Below are positions 44,616 through 55,470 of a stretch of 64,000 nucleotides of DNA, piece by piece; the first letter of the stretch is position 1, and each line of letters begins with the position of its first letter. A model generated the notes under the pieces. That model was not told where the DNA came from. It ran no database searches and saw only the letters and a program-made list of their open reading frames with translations. Position numbers and translations under genes: made by a program. Location of the stretch: positions 288,001 through 352,000 of the forward strand of contig OY762007.1 of the NCBI GenBank assembly GCA_963665115.1, read 5' to 3'. This stretch comes from an uncultured Rivularia sp. GTDB lineage: Bacteria; Cyanobacteriota; Cyanobacteriia; Cyanobacteriales; Nostocaceae.

Positions 44616-46436
44616 TTAACTGCTAACTGACTTTAACCCGGATTGTACTCTCCATAAACTTGCGTAAATTCCCTTGTGTGCTAATAATTCTTCATGGGTG
44701 CCGGATTCTACGATTTCGCCGTATTCTACAACATATATGCGATCTGAATTGCGAATGGTGGAAAGACGGTGGGCGATCGCGATGGTTGTTCTATCTACGG
44801 TAATTCTTTCTAATGAGCGGGCGATGGCTGCTTCTGTTTCGTTGTCTACTGCTGAAGTGGCTTCGTCTAAGATTAAGATTGGCGGATTTTTTAATATTGC
44901 TCTGGCGATCGCTATCCTTTGTCTTTGCCCACCGGATAATTTTTGTCCGCGCTCGCCGACTATTGTCTCATAGCCTTGGGGTAGCTGCATGATAAATTCG
45001 TGGGCTTCTGCAACTTTGGCGGCTGTGATAATTTCTTTTTCGTTAGCGCTGAAACTGCCGTAAGCGATATTTTCGGCTACTGTGCCGTGAAATAAAAATA
45101 CGTCTTGGCTGACTAAACCGATGCAGCGACGTAAATCTTGCAAATTAATGTTTTGTAGATCGATGTTATCAACGGTAATCGAGCCAGAAGTAATTTCGTA
45201 AAATCTCAGCAATAATTTAACTAAAGTACTTTTGCCCGAACCCGTAGAACCTACAATAGCAATAGTTTGTCCTGCGGGTATTTCTAAGGATAAATTTTTA
45301 ATTACTGGCTGTCTATCTTGATAGGCAAAAGTAATATTATTAAACGCAATTTCGCCGCGTACTTTTGCAATCGGTAAGTCTACATTTCCGGGATTAATCG
45401 TTATAGGAGTATCCAGCAAATTCATCACGCGATTTGTGGAAGCCATCGCTCTTTGATATAGATCGAAGGTTTGTCCCAATCTAGTTAAAGGCCAAAGTAA
45501 TCTTTGAGTTAAAAAGACTAAAACGCTGTAAGTTCCTACTGTCATATTGCCGTTAACAGCGGACATTCCGCCGAATAGTAATAGCGCCGTGAACCCGATT
45601 AAAATTAACATTCTAATTAAGGGTACAAAAGCAGCAGAAAGTTTAATTGCTTTACTATTACTGCGGCGATAAGCTTCACTTTCCGATTCTAAACGCTTGT
45701 TTTCATATTCTTCGGCAGTAAAACTTTTAATAGTAGTAATACCGCCTAAATTATTTGATAACCGCGAGTTAAGAAAACTTAGCTTTTCGCGAACATCAGC
45801 ATAGCGGGGTTCGAGTAAATCTTGATAAGCAAACGTTCCCCAAAGAATAAACGGAATCGGTAACATGGTCATCCATGCCACATTTGGAGCTAAAATCAAG
45901 AAAGCACCGCCAAGAATTATAATAGTTGTGGCAGTTTGCAATATATCGTTAGCTCCCACATCCAAAAAACGCTCTAGTTGGTTAATATCATCGCTTAAGA
46001 TAGACATTAAACCGCCGGTACTGCGTTCTTCAAAGTAAGCTAAGTCTAGATTTTGTAAATGTTTATAGGCATTCAAGCGCAAATCGTGCTGAATAGTTTG
46101 CGCCAAATTCCGCCATAGAGTTTCTAAAGCGTATTCAAAAACCGACTCTAATACCCAAATAACAACCGTTAAGAAAGAAATTATTAAAAATTGCCAAAAA
46201 ATATCAGTGATTCCCCAACTGGCAATGATAGAATTTTCCTTCTTGACAACAACATCAACGGCGAAGCCAATTAATACCGGAGGTGCTAGATCGAATAGCC
46301 GATTAAGAATAGAACAAACTACCGCTAGCCGAATTTTTTGGCGATAATCATGTCCGTAGTCAAGCAAGCGTTTCAACGGATGCGCTGAATCCCTACGCTG
46401 TTTCTGCAACCGATTGGATTTAAGTACTTGAGCCAC
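44616..46436 (-). CDS. ABC exporter, fused permease/ATPase (MsbA/MdlB-like)
   Basis: TM domain; [23 protein letters not shown]. Confidence 0.93.
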   Translation of the reverse strand: MAQVLKSNRLQKQRRDSAHPLKRLLDYGHDYRQKIRLAVVCSILNRLFDLAPPVLIGFAVDVVVKKENSIIASWGITDIFWQFLIISFLTVVIWVLESVFEYALETLWRNLAQTIQHDLRLNAYKHLQNLDLAYFEERSTGGLMSILSDDINQLERFLDVGANDILQTATTIIILGGAFLILAPNVAWMTMLPIPFILWGTFAYQDLLEPRYADVREKLSFLNSRLSNNLGGITTIKSFTAEEYENKRLESESEAYRRSNSKAIKLSAAFVPLIRMLILIGFTALLLFGGMSAVNGNMTVGTYSVLVFLTQRLLWPLTRLGQTFDLYQRAMASTNRVMNLLDTPITINPGNVDLPIAKVRGEIAFNNITFAYQDRQPVIKNLSLEIPAGQTIAIVGSTGSGKSTLVKLLLRFYEITSGSITVDNIDLQNINLQDLRRCIGLVSQDVFLFHGTVAENIAYGSFSANEKEIITAAKVAEAHEFIMQLPQGYETIVGERGQKLSGGQRQRIAIARAILKNPPILILDEATSAVDNETEAAIARSLERITVDRTTIAIAHRLSTIRNSDRIYVVEYGEIVESGTHEELLAHKGIYASLWRVQSGLKSVSS

Positions 46437-46669
46437 AATTTTAGGTAAATGCTAGGAACCTATTTTACCACGAAATCAATTATCAATTATCAATTAACAA
46501 TTATCAATGATTTATAGTTAGGGAAGTTTGAAACAGTTTTGAATTGCTTTACCGCTTTATACATTCATAATTACTTTCAATATTTACTTTAAGAGCATAA
46601 ATCGGGCGATAATTATACATGAATTGATAAATTGAGAACTGAATAACTAACATAAAAAGGAGCTTTCAA

Positions 46670-47512
46670 TTGAAGAATCAACAATTAGGTGGATTGCAAT
46701 CGGCAATCGCAGGGGTAGTACTCTCACTACTGCTTATTTTTGCCCTTAATGCATTTGTAATTATTAATCCCGGTCAAGCCGGAGTTTTGAGTATATTAGG
46801 AAAAGCTCAAGATGGTGCTTTACTTGAAGGTATTCATTTCAAACCACCACTAGTATCGAATGTCGATATATACGATGTAACAGTACAGAAATACGAAATT
46901 CCCGCCCAAAGTTCTACTAAAGATTTGCAGCAATTGACGGCAAAATTTGCGATCAACTTTCGGATAGATTCCGTAGAAGTTGTGGAAATTAGAAGAAAAC
47001 AGGGAAGTTTAGAAAACATCGTCTCAAAAATTATTGCACCGCAAACTCAGGAATCTTTTAAAGTTGCCGCAGCAAGAAGAACTGTAGAAGAAGCTATTAC
47101 CAAAAGAGAAGAATTGAAAAATGATTTTGATAATGCTTTAGGGCAACGTTTGGATAAATATGGAGTGATAATATTAGATACTAGCGTCATTGACTTAACT
47201 TTCTCTCCTGAATTTGCCAAAGCCGTTGAAGAAAAGCAAATTGCCGAACAACGTTCGCAAAGAGCAGTTTATGTAGCAGCAGAAGCCGAGCAAGAAGCAT
47301 TCGCCGACATCAACCGTGCTAGAGGTAGAGCAGAAGCCCAAAAACTGTTAGCTGAAACTTTGAAAGCTCAAGGTGGAGAGTTAGTGTTACAAAAAGAAGC
47401 TATTGAAGCCTGGAAAAGTGGAGGCGCTCAAATGCCAAGAGTTCTTGTGATGGGAGGAGAGTCAAATAGTAGCGTACCATTTTTGTTTAATTTAAGTAAC
47501 ATACAAGATTAA
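46670..47512 (+). CDS. Prohibitin/SPFH (band 7) family protein
   Basis: N-terminal TM, EGIHFK.P, FSPEF.KAVEEKQIAEQ. Confidence 0.92.
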   Translation: MKNQQLGGLQSAIAGVVLSLLLIFALNAFVIINPGQAGVLSILGKAQDGALLEGIHFKPPLVSNVDIYDVTVQKYEIPAQSSTKDLQQLTAKFAINFRIDSVEVVEIRRKQGSLENIVSKIIAPQTQESFKVAAARRTVEEAITKREELKNDFDNALGQRLDKYGVIILDTSVIDLTFSPEFAKAVEEKQIAEQRSQRAVYVAAEAEQEAFADINRARGRAEAQKLLAETLKAQGGELVLQKEAIEAWKSGGAQMPRVLVMGGESNSSVPFLFNLSNIQD

Positions 47513-47588
47513 TTCTCCTTGAAATTTTTGGTAAAGTAGAGGCTCTACCGCGACGCAAAGTAAACCCCTAGTAGATTCAAGTTAGGCT

Positions 47589-48005
47589 ATGACAAGCAAA
47601 CCCCAAACCCAAATTACGGTTGAAGAAGCCAAGAAAATATTGAGTAAATATGACTTCGTTGATGTTGCAGCCCAACTGAAGCCATCAGAGAAAATTTCAG
47701 TCCGTGGGGCTTTGACTTTGCTTGCTAATCTTTGCGATTATCAAATTCTGGGTATTTCTGCCGATACCACCGAACAAGGAATAAAAGCAATGGAAAGTTA
47801 TTCCAGAGCGTTGGGATACGAGCCTCCGAAAAATTTACCATCAATTGAAGGTCCCGTTTACATTAAATTAAATGGTAAAAACGGCTTGTGTTACATAGAT
47901 CCCTATATGGGGCATCATCGTGGGGTTTTAGTTTCTTGTCAATCTTCTTCCGAAGGTGGAATGAACCATATGTACGGACATTTACCCTTAGATTTATTCG
48001 ATTAA
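47589..48005 (+). CDS. DUF1824 family protein
   Basis: YQILGI.AD, GPVYIK.N, Y.G..RGVLVSCQS, YGHLPLDLF. Confidence 0.8.
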   Translation: MTSKPQTQITVEEAKKILSKYDFVDVAAQLKPSEKISVRGALTLLANLCDYQILGISADTTEQGIKAMESYSRALGYEPPKNLPSIEGPVYIKLNGKNGLCYIDPYMGHHRGVLVSCQSSSEGGMNHMYGHLPLDLFD

Positions 48006-48206
48006 ACGATCTTGGTAATTGGGGAGGCAGTCCGTTGCGGAGGTTCCCTCCGTTGTAGGAACTGCCGTCATGGGGCATTGGGCATTGAATATTACAATGC
48101 ATACGGTTTTCAATAATCTCATTGCGCCTTAAATATTGAGAAGCCGTAATGCACTACTATTTGTTGGTGCATTACGGCTTTAAGTATTTATTTATTATCT
48201 ATTAAC

Positions 48207-48348
48207 TAGTTCCCAGTCTCCAGCTTTATCTAGTTCCCAGTCTCCGGCTGGGAACCCCAGGCGCGAGGCTCTGCCTCCTTTGTGCCTCCTTTCCAACTGG
48301 AGGCAGAGCCTCCTGAAATGCGTTACAAGGCAGAGCCTTGTAACGAGA
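48207..48348. repeat. Composite inverted repeat (gttcccagtctc.../gaggctctgcctcc...ggaggcagagcctc)
   Basis: Nested hairpins read directly. Confidence 0.65.
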
Positions 48349-48451
48349 TAAACGAGATAAAAAACTGTACTGATTCTGATACCTAAGCTATCTTTATAAA
48401 TGGTGCCTGCACCTTATTTAAAATAATCTAAAATCTAAAATCTAAAATCCT

Positions 48452-50380
48452 ATGGGTGTTATTACACTACAATCTGTCAAAAAAGATTTTGGCATCAAGG
48501 AAATTCTTAAAGATGCTTCTTTTAGCTTGAATGCTGACGAAAAGGTTGGCTTAATTGGTACTAATGGTTCCGGTAAATCGACATTATTAAAAATGATTGC
48601 TGGGATGGAACCGATTGATGGTGGTGAAATTATTGTCAATCCCGGTGCTAAAGTTATATATTTACCGCAACAGCCAGATTTAGATGAAAGTCTTACTGTT
48701 TTAGAACAGATATTTGCTGATAGTAGCGAGCAAATGAATTTGGTGCGCGAATATGAAGAAATTTCCGATAAATTAGCTAAAAACCCCGAAGATAATCAGT
48801 TGCTATCGCGTTTGGGTGAAGTGACGCAGCGAATGGATATGATTGGTGCTTGGGAAGTTGAAACCAACGCTAAAATTATTCTTTCTCAGTTAGGAATTAC
48901 TGATTTTGATGCAATAATTGGTACTTTATCTGGTGGTTATCGCAAGCGGATTGCTTTGGCAACTGCTTTGTTATCCGAACCAGATTTATTGTTAATGGAT
49001 GAGCCGACAAACCATTTAGATGCTGATTCTGTGGAGTGGCTGCAAAGTTATTTGAATCGCAGAAATGGCGCTTTATTGTTAATAACTCACGATAGATATT
49101 TTTTGGATAAGGTAACAAATCGGATTATTGAAATCGATCGAGGTGATTTTTATACATACTCCGGTAACTATTCATATTATTTACAAAAGAAAGCCGAAGC
49201 TGAAGAATCTGCTGCTAGCAGCGAACGTAAATTTAAAGGAGTATTGCGGCGAGAATTAGAATGGCTAAAAAAAGGACCAAAAGCTAGAAGCACTAAACAG
49301 AAAGCCAGAATAGATCGAATTAGCGATATGCGGGCAACCGAGTTTAAACAAACTCAAGGTAAAGTCGAGATTTCTACAGCAAGTCGTCGCATTGGGAAGA
49401 AGGTTATTGAAGTTAATAATATCTCGAAATCTTTTGACAACAGAACTTTATTTAAAGATTTTACCTACGAATTTAGTCCCGAAGATAGAGTCGGAATTAT
49501 TGGTGAAAATGGTGCTGGTAAATCCACTTTAATCAATATAATTATTGGTAAAGAACAACCAGATGCTGGCGAAGTTGATATTGGCTCCACCGTTTATATT
49601 GGTTATTTCGATCAGCATTCAGAAGAATTAATTGGTGCTTCTAATGATTCGCAGCGAGTCATCGATTATATCAAACAAGAAGGAGCAGAATTTATTGAAA
49701 CTGCCGATGGAACCAGAATTAGTGCTTCTCAAATGTTGGAGAGGTTTTTGTTTCCACCGAATCAACAATATGCGCCGATTAATAAGCTTTCTGGTGGTGA
49801 AAAACGGCGTTTGTTCTTGTTGCGAATTTTGATGAGTGCGCCGAATGTTTTAATATTGGACGAACCAACAAACGATTTAGACGTTCAAACTTTAGCGGTA
49901 TTAGAAGATTATTTAGAAGACTTCAAAGGTTGCGTAATAGTAGTATCTCACGACCGTTACTTTTTAGATCGTACTATCGATCGAATTTTCGCTTTTGAAG
50001 ATAGGAAGATTAGAGAATTTCCCGGTAATTATTCGGTGTATTTGGATTTTAAAAGAGCAGAAGAAGCGAAAGCAAAGCAATTGCAGGCTGAGTTAGAGAA
50101 AAGTAAGCCAAAGGTAGCAGCGCAGAAAGTAGAAACTCAAGTTAAGAAAGAAGATAAAAAGAAGCGGCGTTTATCAAATTGGGAAAGAAAGGAATTCGAG
50201 CAGTTAGAAGGAAAAATTGCTCAATTGGAAGATGAGAAAACGGAAACGGAAATGGCTTTAACCAAAGGTGCTGGGAATTATACGGAAGTGCAAGAGCTTT
50301 ATGACAAAGTAGAGAAATTGAAAGAAGAGATCGAGAAATCTACGGAAAGGTGGATGGAATTGGCTGAGATTGATGGGTAA
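48452..50380 (+). CDS. uup: ABC-F family ATPase (Uup-like)
   Basis: Two ATPase cassettes, PKARSTKQKARI linker, C-terminal coiled coil ending RWMEL. Confidence 0.85.
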   Translation: MGVITLQSVKKDFGIKEILKDASFSLNADEKVGLIGTNGSGKSTLLKMIAGMEPIDGGEIIVNPGAKVIYLPQQPDLDESLTVLEQIFADSSEQMNLVREYEEISDKLAKNPEDNQLLSRLGEVTQRMDMIGAWEVETNAKIILSQLGITDFDAIIGTLSGGYRKRIALATALLSEPDLLLMDEPTNHLDADSVEWLQSYLNRRNGALLLITHDRYFLDKVTNRIIEIDRGDFYTYSGNYSYYLQKKAEAEESAASSERKFKGVLRRELEWLKKGPKARSTKQKARIDRISDMRATEFKQTQGKVEISTASRRIGKKVIEVNNISKSFDNRTLFKDFTYEFSPEDRVGIIGENGAGKSTLINIIIGKEQPDAGEVDIGSTVYIGYFDQHSEELIGASNDSQRVIDYIKQEGAEFIETADGTRISASQMLERFLFPPNQQYAPINKLSGGEKRRLFLLRILMSAPNVLILDEPTNDLDVQTLAVLEDYLEDFKGCVIVVSHDRYFLDRTIDRIFAFEDRKIREFPGNYSVYLDFKRAEEAKAKQLQAELEKSKPKVAAQKVETQVKKEDKKKRRLSNWERKEFEQLEGKIAQLEDEKTETEMALTKGAGNYTEVQELYDKVEKLKEEIEKSTERWMELAEIDG

Positions 50381-50700
50381 ATTGGGCATTGGTAATTTGT
50401 AATTGTTAATTAGTAAACTATAGAGAGCAAGATGCTCCCACTACAGTGATTAGTAGCAAACGCAAAACTAATGTAGAGACGTAGCAGTGCTACGTCTCCA
50501 TAAATTTGAAATCATCACTTGATATTTTGATTCAGCAGCACCATTACTATTTTTTAATTAGTGAAGATTATCGATTTAAAAAACCGCAGAGACGTAGAGA
50601 ACGCAAAGGAAGAGGTAAAGATAAATTTTTTGTAGAGTGTTATTAGCGATAGCGCAAGGCACTATTTATATTATGAATTATAGGAGACAGAACCAAAATC

Positions 50701-51345
50701 ATGCGTAATTACAACAAAATCAACTGGGCTGACATTGAAAAACAAATAAAACAAGCAAAAGAAGAATATTGGGGTTGTTTTAATCTGAGTAACTATGGCT
50801 TAACAGAGATACCAACCGAAATATTCGAGATAGATTCTTTATGTGAATTGGATTTAAGTTACAATCGCTTTGAAAATATTCCTTCAGATATATCTCAATT
50901 AACTAATTTAAGCTATTTGATTTTAGATAATAACAAAATTACCAGTCTCCCTGAAGATTTAATTCAAATCACCAATTTATACGAGATTTATTTAGAAGAG
51001 AATGATTTAGTCTCTATTCCTTCTGTTGTTTTTGAAATTACAAGTTTGACTGGTTTATCTGTAAGCTTTAATTCTATAAATAAGCTCCCAGTAAATATAT
51101 CTCAGCTAAAAAATCTGGAATCGCTAGATTTGAGGGGAAATAATTTAACAGAGCTACCAGAAGAGTTATTTGAATTGAGTAATTTAAAATATCTATTTTT
51201 GGAAGATAATGAATTACAAGAAATTTCTAGTTCTATTTGTAAACTGACTAATTTAGAAAAACTTACTTTACTTGATAATCCAATTACAGAAATACCCGAT
51301 TGTGTTTCTAAAGTAGTTGATTTAAATAATTCATCCTTTAATTAG
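50701..51345 (+). CDS. Stand-alone leucine-rich repeat protein 1
   Basis: 23-aa LxxLxLxxNxL..LP repeats; no other domain. Confidence 0.9.
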   Translation: MRNYNKINWADIEKQIKQAKEEYWGCFNLSNYGLTEIPTEIFEIDSLCELDLSYNRFENIPSDISQLTNLSYLILDNNKITSLPEDLIQITNLYEIYLEENDLVSIPSVVFEITSLTGLSVSFNSINKLPVNISQLKNLESLDLRGNNLTELPEELFELSNLKYLFLEDNELQEISSSICKLTNLEKLTLLDNPITEIPDCVSKVVDLNNSSFN

Positions 51346-51422
51346 TAGGGTGTGTTGTCGCTTTAGCGCAACGCACTATTTATATTATTAGTAATTTTAA
51401 TTTATAAATAAAGCCCAAGTTT

Positions 51423-52058
51423 ATGAGTAATTATTCTGAAATAGATTGGGATTGGTTTCAAGAAAATGTTAAACAAGCTAAAGAAACACAAAGTAATGTT
51501 TTTAGCTTAATTAATCATGGTTTAAAAGAAATACCAAGCGAAGTTTTTGAGATAAAATCTTTAACTTCGTTAGATTTGAGATGGAATTGTTTGAAAACTA
51601 TTTCACCAGAAATATCTAAACTGAAAAATTTAGACTATTTACAGATGGATTCTAATCAAATCGAAACTCTTCCCGATAGTTTTGGTGAGCTTATTCATTT
51701 AGAGGAACTGTATTTAACAAGGAATGAATTTACGTCTATTCCTTCAGCTATCTTTAAACTTAAAAATTTAACTTGTTTATCTTTAGATTTTAATCAGATA
51801 GACGAGCTTCCAGCAGATATATGTCAACTAAAAAAACTTGAATCCCTTAGTTTAGGTGATAATCAATTAAAAGAATTACCAGAAGAACTTTTTCAACTGA
51901 TTAGTTTAGAAGACTTATTTTTCGAGAATAATCAATTACAGGAAATATCTAATTCTGTTTGTAAACTGACTAATTTGGATTTCATTGGTTTATATGATAA
52001 CCCAATCAAAAAAATTCCTGATTGCATTTCTAAGATAGTAGAATTCAATAATTTGTAG
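51423..52058 (+). CDS. Stand-alone leucine-rich repeat protein 2 (paralogue)
   Basis: Same register and termini (NY..I.W, CKLTNL, DNPI..IPDC.SK.V) as protein 1. Confidence 0.9.
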   Translation: MSNYSEIDWDWFQENVKQAKETQSNVFSLINHGLKEIPSEVFEIKSLTSLDLRWNCLKTISPEISKLKNLDYLQMDSNQIETLPDSFGELIHLEELYLTRNEFTSIPSAIFKLKNLTCLSLDFNQIDELPADICQLKKLESLSLGDNQLKELPEELFQLISLEDLFFENNQLQEISNSVCKLTNLDFIGLYDNPIKKIPDCISKIVEFNNL

Positions 52059-52071
52059 GTTGTGTTGTAAC

Positions 52072-53145
52072 TCAAGAAAAACGGGAACGACGATGCAAAA
52101 TCACCCACATCACAACTGGAGTACCAATCAAAGCAGTAACGGAGTTTAAAGGTAAAACAGCCTCACTTCCCGGTAACTGGGATACCAAATCTGCTATCAA
52201 AGCCAATATTGCACCCATCACAGCAACGACGGGAATTAATATTTTATGGTTTACAGTTTTAAATAAATTGCGACAGAGGTGAGGAACCACAACACCTAAA
52301 AATCCAATCGGGCCGCAAAAAGCAGTAATCGCACCTGCTAAAATTGAAGCGCTGGTGATAATCCAGAATCTTGTTTGTTGTACTGCTAAACCCAAAGTTT
52401 GAGCTTGAGATTCACCCAAAAGCATTACATTCAGAGGTTTTGATAATAGCAAAGCCATAATTAATCCTAACAAAATTACGGGTGCTAAAATTATCATTTG
52501 TTGCCAAGTGACACCCCCAAAACTCCCAAATGTCCACTGTAAATATGATTGGATTTGATTATTTTCACTAAAATGCAGCAAAATACTAACAATAGCACTA
52601 GTCGCATAACCAAATAGTAATCCCAAAATTAATAACGTCATGGAATCGGGTACGCGATGAGATATTAATAGTACCATTCCTAACACTAATGCCGCACCCA
52701 GACAAGCTGCTATAACTAAAGTTAAATCGCCGATTATTCCTAACTTTATCAGCCATATACCTATACCAGTAGTGTTTGTTGCGAGAACCACTAACGCTAC
52801 TCCTAAAGAAGCACCGGAACTAATTCCTAATACAAACGGTCCAGCAAGTGGGTTTTTAAAAAGCGTTTGCATTTCTAAACCACTTACACCCAAAGCAGCA
52901 CCAGCTAAAGTAGCAGTTAAAGCTTTTGGTAAACGAAATTTGAGAATAATAGTAGTCCAAGTAGCTTTTTCTGATTCTCCCCCTAATAGAATAATTATTA
53001 CTTGTTGAATCGGAATATGAACGGAACCGAAAGCTAAATTTGACAAAAATACGAATATTAAGCTACTAATTAAAGTTACAAAGATAATAGACTGAAAGCT
53101 ATTTTTGCTGAAAAACTGATTGTATAAATATTTATAATTACCCAT
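52072..53145 (-). CDS. btuC: FecCD/BtuC-family ABC permease
   Basis: RLPKA, FKNPLAGP..LGISSGAS, GPIGFLG..VPHL; in riboswitch-headed operon. Confidence 0.75.
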   Translation of the reverse strand: MGNYKYLYNQFFSKNSFQSIIFVTLISSLIFVFLSNLAFGSVHIPIQQVIIILLGGESEKATWTTIILKFRLPKALTATLAGAALGVSGLEMQTLFKNPLAGPFVLGISSGASLGVALVVLATNTTGIGIWLIKLGIIGDLTLVIAACLGAALVLGMVLLISHRVPDSMTLLILGLLFGYATSAIVSILLHFSENNQIQSYLQWTFGSFGGVTWQQMIILAPVILLGLIMALLLSKPLNVMLLGESQAQTLGLAVQQTRFWIITSASILAGAITAFCGPIGFLGVVVPHLCRNLFKTVNHKILIPVVAVMGAILALIADLVSQLPGSEAVLPLNSVTALIGTPVVMWVILHRRSRFS

Positions 53146-53171
53146 TACCCATTACCTATTCCCCATTCTCA

Positions 53172-54359
53172 TTAATCAAGCTGCTGATAAAAAAATAACT
53201 GATGATTCGGTAATAATTCTGGATGAAAAATTTTAATTAAGTCAGCTAAAATCACATCGGGATTACTGATTCCAGCTTCCCAATAATCATTACCTCCATT
53301 TTCATTTAAACGAGCATTGTTATTGTAAACATTACCCTTTTTGACTGCTTGAAAATTACTGTAACGACTATCTGCTTTAATCACATCTTCTAAACTCTGC
53401 CAAGATTGACTGACATTTAACCAATAATCTGCTGTAGCAGCACGTTCAAAAACATCTTCAAAAGATGAAGGTGTACTACCAGAAGAATTTTCAGCACAAA
53501 GTAATTCTGCACCAGCATCTGCTAAATATTGCGCTGCATAACTTTGACATCCCGGTACATACCAAGTTCCTTTAAAATTAAATCCTGTAAATACTTTTGG
53601 ACGTTTTTTGATAGCTTTAGTTTGAGCAGCAATTTCTTGATATTTCCCAGCTATTTCACCAAATTCTTTTTCAGCAATATCTTCTTTATTAAAAAACATA
53701 GAAGTAAACTTTAACCATTCTGCACGCCCTAATGGTGTATTTTCCATATATTCAGCGTTGATAGCTACTTTTAATCCTGCTTCTAATAATTTAGGATGAC
53801 TATCTGTTTGTGGGTTTCCCGTTCCATAAGTTGTAACTAAATCAGGATTGAGTTCTAACAATCTTTCTACATTCACATTATTTCCTAATTCTGCAATTTT
53901 ACCTGCTTTTATTTTCTCAACTACTTCTGATGTATTGACTATTTTCGGATTGCTTACACCGACGAGTTTATCTACTACTCCTAATTTTGCTAAATGGGGT
54001 AAATGAGTAGTGGAAAGGGATGTAACTGTATTTACGGGTACTGTAATTATTTGATTTTCCTTAAATCCTTCCGGTGCTGGTGTACCGCATTCAACTAAAA
54101 CATATTGAAAACTTGTTTTTGCGTCTTTCCAAGGATTTTTTACCGTGACAATTTTGTAATTATTTTGATATTCTACAGCAAATCCGGTTGCATAATTAAT
54201 CTTTACTTTATTAGGAAAATAGTCTTGATTTGAATCATAATTTTGAACGCAACTTTGATTATAAATAGATGAGACTTCTGGAGGAACTGATGTGTTTTTA
54301 CAAGCAATAATCAACAATGCAACACATACAACCTGAAATAAAAATGATAATAATTTCAT
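53172..54359 (-). CDS. btuF: Corrinoid/iron-chelate ABC substrate-binding lipoprotein (BtuF-like)
   Basis: Lipobox IIAC; E.TPLGRAEW.K, GGNDYWE.G...PD..LADL motifs. Confidence 0.7.
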   Translation of the reverse strand: MKLLSFLFQVVCVALLIIACKNTSVPPEVSSIYNQSCVQNYDSNQDYFPNKVKINYATGFAVEYQNNYKIVTVKNPWKDAKTSFQYVLVECGTPAPEGFKENQIITVPVNTVTSLSTTHLPHLAKLGVVDKLVGVSNPKIVNTSEVVEKIKAGKIAELGNNVNVERLLELNPDLVTTYGTGNPQTDSHPKLLEAGLKVAINAEYMENTPLGRAEWLKFTSMFFNKEDIAEKEFGEIAGKYQEIAAQTKAIKKRPKVFTGFNFKGTWYVPGCQSYAAQYLADAGAELLCAENSSGSTPSSFEDVFERAATADYWLNVSQSWQSLEDVIKADSRYSNFQAVKKGNVYNNNARLNENGGNDYWEAGISNPDVILADLIKIFHPELLPNHQLFFYQQLD

Positions 54360-54506
54360 TCTGTTCGGGAATAAAGATTATAGATTTTTGAAAATACTGA
54401 ATTAAATTATGAATTAAATTAATTTACATCTAGTATTAAACATAAATTTAATGTAGAGACGTAGCAGTGCTACGTCTTCCCCAGATTTTAAATCACATGA
54501 ATATCT

Positions 54507-55379
54507 TTAAGCTGATTCTGATGGATAAAGATGCTCGGTAACTTTATTTCCTTGAACTAAATGTTTTTCAACAATAGTTTCAGCGACTTCTGGTTTAACG
54601 CGAGTGTACCAAGTTTTGTCCTCAGAATTAAATACTACTGGTCCTAATTTACAAACTTCTAAACAGCCAGAGGTTCTTACTTCTATATCCAAACCGGCTT
54701 TTTCAACAGCATTTTTCAAGGATTCAAAAGTCGGTTGCCAATTACGTGAAGGTAAACATCTTCCAGAAGTACAAACTGAAATATAAGAACGTTTTAAGGG
54801 ATTTTTTGTAAATGGCATTGGTTTTTCACCTAATACATATATTTCCCTTAATTCTTGATAAAGAGCTAACTTTGATAAGTTGGGTTTACCCTCTGGTAAT
54901 AAATTTTGACCGTCAACTAAAGGATTGGGGAAGAAAATTGTCATAACATTCTCACTAACACCATTCCAAAGTTCAATTCCCCAACTTCTGGGATTTCCAT
55001 CTTTGTTGAAACGTCGATAAAAAGCTGCACGACTAACTCTTCTTTGTCTTCTTAATTCCAAAGGAGTTTCACTATTAGGACCACCTAAAGTTTCATCAAT
55101 ACATAGATGTAAATGCCAACCTTCTGTTACCACTGTCAGATAACCATCATAAAGAATACAAATCTTAGGTGGATTGTTAAATTCTAATTCCAAAACTCCA
55201 CCTTGAGCAACGTGTCCTAATTCTACCTGCTGCCAATTTTGTTGAAATAAAGTGTAAAGTAATGATGATAAAACGTCACAACTGCAATCAATATCCTCAT
55301 ATTCAACTTTTCCTCCTGTTAGTAAATCTTTTGTATTTTGTCGATTTAATGGTGTTACCCAAGCATTATAGTTACTCAT
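54507..55379 (-). CDS. HemS/ChuX-like domain fused to thioredoxin-type [2Fe-2S] ferredoxin
   Basis: C-terminal CTSGRC...GCLEVCKLGP...WY..V; N-terminal WHLHLC and SWGIELWNG..E.VMTIFF; ATG 55379 preferred. Confidence 0.7.
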   Translation of the reverse strand: MSNYNAWVTPLNRQNTKDLLTGGKVEYEDIDCSCDVLSSLLYTLFQQNWQQVELGHVAQGGVLELEFNNPPKICILYDGYLTVVTEGWHLHLCIDETLGGPNSETPLELRRQRRVSRAAFYRRFNKDGNPRSWGIELWNGVSENVMTIFFPNPLVDGQNLLPEGKPNLSKLALYQELREIYVLGEKPMPFTKNPLKRSYISVCTSGRCLPSRNWQPTFESLKNAVEKAGLDIEVRTSGCLEVCKLGPVVFNSEDKTWYTRVKPEVAETIVEKHLVQGNKVTEHLYPSESA

Positions 55380-55470
55380 AGTAATTTTAGATTTTAGATT
55401 TTGGATTAAATTATCAATTACCAATTACCAATTACCAATGCCCAATGCCCTATGCCCCATTCTTCATATT

